Shown here one piece after another: positions 40,163 to 48,057 of a DNA stretch of 64,000 nt (the first letter of the stretch is position 1; every line of letters begins with the position of its first letter). Source of the DNA: Candidatus Saccharimonadota bacterium. Lineage in GTDB: Bacteria; Patescibacteriota; Saccharimonadia; Saccharimonadales; Saccharimonadaceae. The stretch lies in contig JAUMWY010000001.1 in NCBI GenBank assembly GCA_030529385.1, positions 24,479 to 88,478 on the forward strand, read 5' to 3'. The position numbers and the translations under genes were made by a program. Under the pieces are notes generated by a model. It ran no database searches, had not been told where the DNA came from, and was given only the letters and a program-made list of their open reading frames with translations.

Positions 40163-41272
40163 TTAGTGAATGTAGTTGTAAGCGCCAGGATTGGTCAATT
40201 CACGGTGCGTCACTACGCCGAGCCCGGCATAGTTCATGTCACTGACAAACACGCGACCATTTTCAACCCGATCAACAATACCCACATGGCCATAGCCACC
40301 GCCGCCTGCCGCTGTTTGGAAAATGGCACCAGGTGCTGGCGTGCGGTTCACCGTAAAGCCGGCAGCGCGGGCACTGGCAGCCCATGAGTTAGCATTACCC
40401 CAGAAGCTGCCGATTGGCCGACCAAGCGCTAAACGACGCTCATATGAGTACCATGTACAGTTGCCCGAAGCATAGCGGTTACCGACTGATGCAAACACAT
40501 ATGCTGAACTACGCGTATAGCCACCGCCACCAAACGAACCACGCGATTGACGCGGCGCAACATAACCTGGCCGCTCAGTTTCTGGCAATTCACCGCCCGG
40601 CAACACAAGCTTTACACCTGCCGTCAACCCAGCATCGGCCTGCAGGTCATTGTACAGCACCACTCGTTCGGCATTCGCTTTATACTTTTCCGCCAAGCTC
40701 TGCACCGTATCGCCCTCTTTCACTGTATAAACCACACCATCAACCATCGGTACAGTCAATGTCTTGCCCGGCTCAACGGCGTCAGAAGTGGTATTATTTG
40801 CCCAACGAAGCGTCTGTGGCGAAATCTTAAACTGCGCAGCAATTGTCGCCATATCATCACCCGGCTTCGTGACATAAGTCTTAATACCGCGGGTCTCTGA
40901 CGACTCCGGCTGAATAATCTGCGGCTTTGAAATCACCTCCGTGTCAGTCTGCGCCAACTCTTTTTTAATTGCTAAGGTTGTCGTTGCCTCACGAAGATCA
41001 CCGGCCGCCGGCAAGTTCGTCACCTCAGCCAAAGCCGTTGCCGCATTGGCCGCCGTCAATTGATCAACTGAAATACTGTCAACACGCTGCTGCGCCTGTG
41101 CGACTGGCGCCGCCGAAGCGACTGATTGCGATGTATCGGCATCAGTTGGAACATCGCCGCCCTGATAACTTAATGCCAATACGGTCGTTACCAGGGCAAT
41201 AATACCACCGTAGATAAAAAGATTGCTTTTTCGTGCTTGTGCGACCCGTCGGGCCAGTGATTTGTTACGAAT
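40163..41272 (-). CDS. LysM (x2) + CHAP peptidoglycan hydrolase, N-terminal TM/signal; probable ATT start
   Basis: YVTKPGD and YTVKEGD LysM repeats; GNCTWY, WGNA, YGHVG, SDMNY CHAP motifs; frame extends to ATT 7 nt after AGGAG. Confidence 0.85.
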   Translation of the reverse strand: MRNKSLARRVAQARKSNLFIYGGIIALVTTVLALSYQGGDVPTDADTSQSVASAAPVAQAQQRVDSISVDQLTAANAATALAEVTNLPAAGDLREATTTLAIKKELAQTDTEVISKPQIIQPESSETRGIKTYVTKPGDDMATIAAQFKISPQTLRWANNTTSDAVEPGKTLTVPMVDGVVYTVKEGDTVQSLAEKYKANAERVVLYNDLQADAGLTAGVKLVLPGGELPETERPGYVAPRQSRGSFGGGGYTRSSAYVFASVGNRYASGNCTWYSYERRLALGRPIGSFWGNANSWAASARAAGFTVNRTPAPGAIFQTAAGGGGYGHVGIVDRVENGRVFVSDMNYAGLGVVTHRELTNPGAYNYIH

Positions 41273-41284
41273 AATCGTTCTCCT

Positions 41285-41470
41285 GCACCACTGTTGCCAG
41301 CGGCGCGGCTACCGTACTTTGTCTTTCTTCTCGCAAAAGAACGGGATGCTCGTCGACCTAGATATTAATTACTATTATTTGGGTAAAGCTGCATCCGTAG
41401 CGACAGTTCTGGCAGGCTCAAACGTTTACGCACTACAACAGGGGTAGAAACGCTCAGGGTTGAGCTACCT
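41285..41470 (-). ncRNA. Structured cis-regulatory leader, candidate lysM-TM7-type RNA motif
   Basis: About 190-nt non-coding leader between a consensus promoter and the LysM-CHAP gene, with several nested complementary segments. Confidence 0.55.
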
Positions 41471-41473
41471 TTC

Positions 41474-41502
41474 ATTATACGCCATATTGACGAAGAAGTC
41501 AA
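41474..41502 (-). promoter_or_regulatory. sigma70 promoter of the LysM-CHAP gene
   Basis: Minus strand TTGACT (41502-41497), 17 bp, TATAAT (41479-41474). Confidence 0.8.
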
Positions 41503-41556
41503 TTTATTTTATGGCTGAGCGTTTTGTCAAGCGACTGCAGTGGCGCCGTGATGGGC

Positions 41557-41637
41557 CCTATCGCTCGGTCCACCTCTCGTGATATTTTTCTTGCAGAAAA
41601 ATCATCCCGGGGCGCCGCCCCGCCTCGCGCCACCCGC
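41557..41637 (+). repeat. Palindromic repeat element, intergenic copy
   Basis: 75/81 identical to the reverse complement of 56428..56508; central hairpin atttttct-tgc-agaaaaat. Confidence 0.9.
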
Positions 41638-41674
41638 CAATCACCAGATCTAAGCTTAGACTCGTAACGATACC

Positions 41675-42733
41675 CTACGGCAGCTGGCACTTCTGGTGAC
41701 AATGCGCCCGAATGTTTGCCTCATGCTCTTCATTCGTGCGGGCGAAATAGGTCACATCGTCATCGCCGCTCAGAAAATACAGCGCGTCAGTCTCGGCCGG
41801 ATCCGCCACCGCCAGCAACGCACTCAGCCCTGGCGCGGCAATTGGCCCGGGTGGCAACCCCTTATGAATCCGCGTATTGTACGGTGATTGCAGCCGATGG
41901 TCGCGCGGCACACCCGCCTTATCGGCGGCATAGTGATAGGTGACATCCGACCCTAACGGCATGTCAGCCTTGAGGCGATTATAAAACACCTGCGCAATTC
42001 GTCGCTGATCATCGCAAGTCGTCGCCTGGCCACAGCCTTTTGACTCTTTCTGAACAATTGACGCCAGAGTAATTCCCTGATGCATATTCAGCCCGCGCGC
42101 CGCAAATTTAGCCGCCAAATCGTGCTGCCTAATAACCATATCAAATTGGCGCAGCGACTGCGTAATCGCTTGCTTAGCTGAGGCGTCGGCCGATAAATGA
42201 TAGGTTTCAGGATAGAGATACCCCTCTAAATCAGCCCCTTCCGGCCGCTGGCGCAACACCTCCGACTGATACTGCGCCGTCAATGCCTCGGTGATCTCCT
42301 GATCGCTAAAACCGGCTTTTTTCAGTGAGGCGGTAATTGTGCGTGAGTTATTACCCTGCAGGGTTGCTTCTGGATAGAATAAGACGATTTTTTCATCAGA
42401 TTTGCCGCTAATTAAGTGTGTCACGATAGCCGGCACATCCTGATTTTTACGCACCGTATACACGCCGACCTTAAACTGACTGGTTGCACCGCTGAGACGA
42501 GCATATACCGTAAACGCCGTCGCACTACGGATAAGGCCGCGCTGCTGCAATGTATCGGCAATCGCCTGCGCACCGTCTCCCTGCGCCACTGTCACCTGCA
42601 CCGGCTGATTATCACCGCCATCAATCGCCGTTAGCGCATGATAATACCAGCCAACCACCGCCAATACTACGACAATAACCGCAGTCACCGCGCCGCCAAC
42701 AATCAGCCCCCAGCGCCGTTTACGAATCTCCAT
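41675..42733 (-). CDS. mltG: Endolytic transglycosylase MltG
   Basis: LEGYLYPETY, LASIVQKE, VFYNRL, SPYNT...GLPPGPI, LYF. Confidence 0.93.
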   Translation of the reverse strand: MEIRKRRWGLIVGGAVTAVIVVVLAVVGWYYHALTAIDGGDNQPVQVTVAQGDGAQAIADTLQQRGLIRSATAFTVYARLSGATSQFKVGVYTVRKNQDVPAIVTHLISGKSDEKIVLFYPEATLQGNNSRTITASLKKAGFSDQEITEALTAQYQSEVLRQRPEGADLEGYLYPETYHLSADASAKQAITQSLRQFDMVIRQHDLAAKFAARGLNMHQGITLASIVQKESKGCGQATTCDDQRRIAQVFYNRLKADMPLGSDVTYHYAADKAGVPRDHRLQSPYNTRIHKGLPPGPIAAPGLSALLAVADPAETDALYFLSGDDDVTYFARTNEEHEANIRAHCHQKCQLP

Positions 42734-43130
42734 AGGTTGCCTCCAGATAGTCCTGCAAGATAATACTTGCCGCCTCAGCATCAATTTCACCCTTATCTTT
42801 GACGCGCCCCAATCGCTGCTCCGCCTGCACACTTGTCAGCGATTCATCCTGATAGACGATATCGGCATCAATCTCCAAATCTGCCATATCCGCCACAAAT
42901 GCCTCAACAAAGGCCGTCTGGGCTGTCGGCTCACCCGACTGATTGCGCGGATAGCCCACCACGACCGTATTAATATCGTGCCGCAGCAGCACCTCAGCCA
43001 GCTGCGCCATCACCGTCTCTGTATTTTCCAAATAGCCGAAAGGTACCGCGATTTTCACGCTAGTATCAGCCATTGCCATGCCGATGCGCTTTTCACCAAC
43101 ATCAAGCGCCAACAGGTTTTTAGCTGCCAT
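42720..43130 (-). CDS. ruvX: Pre-16S rRNA nuclease / Holliday junction resolvase-like RuvX (YqgF)
   Basis: LALDVGEKRIG, VVGYP, DESLTS, IDAEAASIILQDYL. Confidence 0.92.
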   Translation of the reverse strand: MAAKNLLALDVGEKRIGMAMADTSVKIAVPFGYLENTETVMAQLAEVLLRHDINTVVVGYPRNQSGEPTAQTAFVEAFVADMADLEIDADIVYQDESLTSVQAEQRLGRVKDKGEIDAEAASIILQDYLEATYGDS

Positions 43131-44757
43131 TTTCCAGCTTAAACTCAACTGTTATTCGTTTATCATCATTCGGCACGGTACGCACCCAGAATGGCCAAAA
43201 CTTCGTGTCAACATCTTTGACGCCCTCAATTGACTCAATCGCCGACTGAATATCGCCGTAGCTACGTCCCTTCACCTGCTCTTTGATTTGCTGCTCATCA
43301 ATTGCCGGCCCGACCACCGCATTGGTCGTCAGCCGCACCGTATACGCGCCATCTTTTTCAGCAAACTGGGCAAACTGCAGGCTATCACCGCCGTCATTAT
43401 AGACTTTCTGGTGCTTTTTGCCAGCCAATTCGGCGTTCACCTTGTCAGTCAGGAACTTAGCGATATCAGCTTTCTCCACCGCCAGTAGACTGGCCGTCAC
43501 TTTGGCGCTTAACTTTACCGATCCATTTGCCTCAGCATCAACCGCCACACTCGGTGTTGGATCGGCCTTTTTCTCCGTATAACTTTCCTGTATCACCACC
43601 GCTGAACTGCCAAATTGAGCCGCTAACTTTGCTTTCAGGTCATCCTGCTTTTTCTCAGCTAACTGCTCAGTTGCTCTCTTCACATCATCAGCACTGACAA
43701 CTGTTACTTCGCGACTGGAGCCGCCACTGGTCGTACCCTCAAAGCGAACCGACGATACGCCCGGCGCGCTAGCTGAGGCTCGTCCAGCTGCCCCGTTGTA
43801 TGACTCACCGATCTCCATCGCTTCAACATTAACCACCACGCCGCTGAGCGACGAAGCACTGAGTGGAAATACCGCCTTCTCGGTGGTAACGAAGATACTA
43901 CCTCCCGATGCCTGCACCTGCATACCGGCCGCAATCGTTACGCCGCCGCCGCCCAAAATGGCGTCTGAGCTGGCAAAAATGCGCACCTTGCCCGTGGCTT
44001 TTTCGCCGACTTTTTTCTTGCCAGTTGGCGTGAAATCAACCGCCACTTCCTGCTGCTGCTCCTGTTTGAGGACTTTCAACGTTTTCTTTTCGGCACTGGT
44101 CGCTGCATCAGGCCGCAGGGCAACCGCCTCGTTGACCGTTACTGTAGTGGTTTTTGCCGTGATGACCACTGTTGCTCGCGGCGCAAACGCCAATGCCCAC
44201 ACCAAAAAGCCAATCAACAACACCACGCCGCCGCCAATCAGAGCGAAGCGCTTGCGGAAAATGTTAAAGTCAGGCACGGCCGGCTTTTTGCGGGCTGATT
44301 TTGGTGCTGGCGCATCGTTTACCGGTGTCTTGGCTACACTCTTTTTCTCATCAGCAATCACCGCCGCTACCGCATCATCTTCCGCCTGATGATCTGATGG
44401 CGCGGTTTTCGTCAATTCACCGACCGGCAATTCGCTGCCATCAATAATATCGTCATCATTATCCACCTTTATAGCCGGTACTTCGGCCATTGTCGGCTTT
44501 GACTGCAGCGTCTTTGCGACAGGGATGCTAGCCGCTGCCGCCAGGCCACTCAGGGCGTGATCTCCCGTCACTAGGACAATCCGCTTACCGGCTGTTTTGG
44601 CGGTACGCGCCAACAGTCGCATATTGACCGCGCTTTGCAACACGCCGACCCGCTTTGGCGGCACCAAAGCAACAATCTTCTCCTTTGATGACTTAATCTT
44701 GCCGACGATCATCGTAATATCGTCGTCAACATCAATGTAAATAACATCCTTATTCAT
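43120..44757 (-). CDS. Membrane protein with N-terminal cytoplasmic domain and baseplate-J-like extracellular beta domain
   Basis: IYIDVDDDIT...LVPP N-terminal domain, one TM, KATGKV...F.T...V.V.A...GESYN, GGSSR...VS..D motifs. Confidence 0.65.
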   Translation of the reverse strand: MNKDVIYIDVDDDITMIVGKIKSSKEKIVALVPPKRVGVLQSAVNMRLLARTAKTAGKRIVLVTGDHALSGLAAAASIPVAKTLQSKPTMAEVPAIKVDNDDDIIDGSELPVGELTKTAPSDHQAEDDAVAAVIADEKKSVAKTPVNDAPAPKSARKKPAVPDFNIFRKRFALIGGGVVLLIGFLVWALAFAPRATVVITAKTTTVTVNEAVALRPDAATSAEKKTLKVLKQEQQQEVAVDFTPTGKKKVGEKATGKVRIFASSDAILGGGGVTIAAGMQVQASGGSIFVTTEKAVFPLSASSLSGVVVNVEAMEIGESYNGAAGRASASAPGVSSVRFEGTTSGGSSREVTVVSADDVKRATEQLAEKKQDDLKAKLAAQFGSSAVVIQESYTEKKADPTPSVAVDAEANGSVKLSAKVTASLLAVEKADIAKFLTDKVNAELAGKKHQKVYNDGGDSLQFAQFAEKDGAYTVRLTTNAVVGPAIDEQQIKEQVKGRSYGDIQSAIESIEGVKDVDTKFWPFWVRTVPNDDKRITVEFKLENGS

Positions 44758-46020
44758 CTATATTTTCAACAACCGATTAATTTTATCCATCAAGCCATGA
44801 CCGTCTTGACTGCTTATCATTGTATCATAGCCGACCCGCAACAGTCCCATGGCCGTCACGAACGTATGATCAGTAATATTGCCAGTTTCGTCAGTAATAC
44901 CGATAATTTCTGTTGGCTTAATGCGCTGGATGACCGGACGCTTGGTGAATGGTAACTCCTTATACCATTGCTGCTCGCCCAGCGCGTCAACCAGCTTCTG
45001 CAGACTGGCGCCGCCACCACACAGCAAAATCCGATGCGGTAGATGATCCACACTGTCAAATTCACTCAACGCCAACTCCACGCCAGACAGCCAGACTTCA
45101 AGCGTTGTATCAATTGCCGCCTCAACTTGTTTTTTAACACTAGGCTTTAATTTATCATGACCGATGTTAAGCTTGAGCTTTTCCGCATCCCTAAAACTTA
45201 CATCAAGCTCAGTCGCGATGGTGCGCGTAAAGCTCCGACCACCAATACCAAACATCTTTGTCCCTTCAACGCCGCCGTCATTGACCACCGCAATATCCGT
45301 CGTACCACCGCCAACATCGGCCAAAATCGCTGTAAATGAACTGTTGGTATCGGTCCCTAGTACGCTACGACTGACCGCAAATGGCTCAGCCGCCACGGCA
45401 ATCAACTCCAGCGCCAACTCATCGGCCACCTTTTCCAGCGCCCCAATATGCACCATCGGCGCAAACGCCGTATAAATCTGCACCGCCACGTCCTTACCTT
45501 GAAAACCAATCGGATTTGACACTTTATAGCCATCAATGTGGATACTAACCAGCGCCGAGTTCACCAGCTTCACTTCAACATCATCATTGCCCGTTTCCAG
45601 CGCAATCTGCGCCTGCGCTCGACCCTGTGCGCGCTCTTGCACTTTCTCAATAATAAATTCCATCTCCGCCACATCCAGCGGCTTATCCGGCCGCGGCCGA
45701 CGATAGCGAATTGTATTAGTGACGCCTTTAACCAGCTCACCAGCAATACCAATCACCGCCCGCTTAGCCGACACGCCAGCCTGCTCTTCCGCCTCAGTCA
45801 GCGCCGCTTCGCAGTTAGCCACCACGCCAGCAATATCAGCGATCGCCCCAGAATGCATATCGCCCATCTCCTGCGACTTTCGGCCAACCCCAATCACCGC
45901 AATATCATCATCGCGCACCTCGGCAATCAACGCCTTTATCGCATCAGTACCAATATCCAGCCCGACAATAACCTCTCGAGTATCTTCTGGTTGCTGTTTG
46001 CGAAATTTTTCAAATACCAT
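44758..46020 (-). CDS. FtsA-like actin-family ATPase
   Basis: GLDIGT..IKA, AEP.A, DVGGGTTDIAV, GGRSFT, AEKLK, LCGGGA. Confidence 0.85.
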   Translation of the reverse strand: MVFEKFRKQQPEDTREVIVGLDIGTDAIKALIAEVRDDDIAVIGVGRKSQEMGDMHSGAIADIAGVVANCEAALTEAEEQAGVSAKRAVIGIAGELVKGVTNTIRYRRPRPDKPLDVAEMEFIIEKVQERAQGRAQAQIALETGNDDVEVKLVNSALVSIHIDGYKVSNPIGFQGKDVAVQIYTAFAPMVHIGALEKVADELALELIAVAAEPFAVSRSVLGTDTNSSFTAILADVGGGTTDIAVVNDGGVEGTKMFGIGGRSFTRTIATELDVSFRDAEKLKLNIGHDKLKPSVKKQVEAAIDTTLEVWLSGVELALSEFDSVDHLPHRILLCGGGASLQKLVDALGEQQWYKELPFTKRPVIQRIKPTEIIGITDETGNITDHTFVTAMGLLRVGYDTMISSQDGHGLMDKINRLLKI

Positions 46021-46066
46021 ATAGCACTTATTATATAGTGCTTATGTCAATCGGGCAAGCAGCTGG

Positions 46067-47968
46067 TTATTGCAACACTGCCTTAACGCGCCGCACGCCG
46101 GCTGATGATGATTCTTCCTTGAGGATTTTGAACTGCTTGCCGTTTGGCGTGCCGTCATCGTCCTGTGCCAGTTGCGCCGTGTGATCAACGTGAGGGCCGC
46201 CGCAAATTTCAAACGACGCCCGCGCCTCGCCCGCGCCCATTTGATAAACCTTGACCGTATCGCCATAGCGATCACCAAAAGCACCAATCGCCCCCATCTT
46301 GAAAGCCTCGTCAGTCGGATATTCCTGATAGCTCACCGGCAAATCCGCCGCAATCCAATCATTCACCAGCCGCTCCACCTCATCCAGCTGCTCACGCGTT
46401 ACCTTGCCGTCATTATTAAAATCAAAGCGTAGTCGCTCAGCGGTGATATTACTGCCGCGTTGCATAATATGATCACCGACAACTTTGCGCAGTGCGGCGT
46501 ACATTAGGTGATTCGCCGTATGCAAACGACGGTGCGCCATGGTTTGCCCCTCCAGGCCGCCCTTAAACGTTCCCTTGGCAGCCGTCTGGCTACGCTGGCG
46601 CTGCTCTTCCATACGTGCATTAAATTGTGCCCGCCAATCCGGATCGAGCTTCACGCCCTCACGCCGCGCAATTTCCGTACTGAGCTCCACCGGAAAGCCG
46701 TAGGTATCGTGCAGCGTAAACAATTCTGCACCGCTCAAGCCGTTTTCCGCAAACTTTCGCAGGTGTTTCACGCCCTTTATTAGCGTCCGCGTAAAGGCCT
46801 TCTCCTCCTTCATCAGGGTGATGATAATTTTGTCGCGCTGCTCAGCTACCTCTGGAAAATCCGCTGCATACAAATCAGCAATCACCGGCACAATTTCTTC
46901 AAAAAACTCTTCCTTAATGCCAAGCTCAGTCGCAAAACGAATCGCGCGGCGCAGCAAACGGCGCATCACATAGCCTTGCTCCTTGTTGCTTGGCGTGCAG
47001 CCGTCCACCGCCAGGAAGGTAGCGGCGCGCAGATGATCAGCAATCACCCGCATGCTTTCCAGGTTGTCCTCATACTTTTTGCCGCTCAGTTCCTGCAACT
47101 TCTCAATAATTGGCCACATCAGGCTAATCTTAAAGACATCAGGATCGCCCAGTTTGGCCGCCGCAATACGCTCCAGGCCCGAACCGTGGTCAATATTTTT
47201 CTGCTCCAGCTCTTCAAACACGCCATCAGCCACTTTTTTATAAGCCATAAAGACATTATTGCCGATTTCCATAAAACGGCCACAGTCGCAGTTTGGATGA
47301 CAATGCTCGCCATAGGCCGGATCGTGCGGCGTACCAAAATCATAGAACATTTCGCTGTCTGGCCCACACGGATCGCCAATTGGCGTGGTTTCCGGCCCGC
47401 CGTTGCGGCTCCACCAGTTTTTGCTGCCGTCGTAGTAGAAAATCTGCTCGCCCGGCCGAATACCGCGCCGATAGCCGTCTTCCTCTGAACCAATGTCGGC
47501 TTGTCCATAGCTCAATCCCGCCTGCTCATATAATTCCGCCCAGACCGCTGCCGCCTCAGTATCTTTCGGAATATTATAGCGTTCATCACCGATGTAGCAC
47601 GTGACATACACCCGGCTCATATCAAGCTTCACAACTTCAGACAAGAATTCCCACATCCAGCGAATCTGCTGCTCCTTGAAATAATCGCCCATACTCCAGT
47701 TGCCCAGCATTTCAAAAAACGTCGTGTGACGATTGTCGCCAATGTCGTCGATGTCCTGCGCCCTAAGGCAAGTCTGACTGTCAGCGATGCGATCACCCTC
47801 GGGATGGGTCGCTTCGCCCAAAAGGTAGGAAATCATCGGCTGCATCCCAGAGCCGGTAAACAGCGTTGTCGGATCACCAGTCAGCACTAGTGGCGCGCGC
47901 TGCACCACCGCGTGGCCGCGCTCCTTGTAAAATTGCAAATAAGCGTTACGGATTTCTTGAGCATTCAT
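46067..47968 (-). CDS. alaS: Alanine--tRNA ligase (short form lacking C-Ala domain)
   Basis: DPTTLFTGSGMQP, HTTFFEMLGNWS, CGPDSE, HTANHL and CGGPHV editing motifs. Confidence 0.96.
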   Translation of the reverse strand: MNAQEIRNAYLQFYKERGHAVVQRAPLVLTGDPTTLFTGSGMQPMISYLLGEATHPEGDRIADSQTCLRAQDIDDIGDNRHTTFFEMLGNWSMGDYFKEQQIRWMWEFLSEVVKLDMSRVYVTCYIGDERYNIPKDTEAAAVWAELYEQAGLSYGQADIGSEEDGYRRGIRPGEQIFYYDGSKNWWSRNGGPETTPIGDPCGPDSEMFYDFGTPHDPAYGEHCHPNCDCGRFMEIGNNVFMAYKKVADGVFEELEQKNIDHGSGLERIAAAKLGDPDVFKISLMWPIIEKLQELSGKKYEDNLESMRVIADHLRAATFLAVDGCTPSNKEQGYVMRRLLRRAIRFATELGIKEEFFEEIVPVIADLYAADFPEVAEQRDKIIITLMKEEKAFTRTLIKGVKHLRKFAENGLSGAELFTLHDTYGFPVELSTEIARREGVKLDPDWRAQFNARMEEQRQRSQTAAKGTFKGGLEGQTMAHRRLHTANHLMYAALRKVVGDHIMQRGSNITAERLRFDFNNDGKVTREQLDEVERLVNDWIAADLPVSYQEYPTDEAFKMGAIGAFGDRYGDTVKVYQMGAGEARASFEICGGPHVDHTAQLAQDDDGTPNGKQFKILKEESSSAGVRRVKAVLQ

Positions 47969-48057
47969 ACGGGCAATTATACCACACCACCCCTGATAGC
48001 AACAGCCCGCCCGAGGACCCCCCGGACGGACTGCCATAATACTGCCAGCTATCTTTA

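Noticed and set aside
41285-41470. c-di-AMP (ydaO) riboswitch upstream of the LysM-CHAP gene
   Set aside because: The gene context fits, but the conserved ydaO segments (GCUGAAUC, GGGGGAAC, CAGCUAAC) are not recognisable
41499-41702. 67-aa ORF similar to the 56291..56521 ORF
   Set aside because: The similarity comes from the DNA repeat read in an open frame; no RBS or other coding evidence
43120-44757. Baseplate-J-like gene as a phage tail or contractile injection system
   Set aside because: No sheath, tube, spike or other baseplate genes; the protein is TM-anchored within a housekeeping operon
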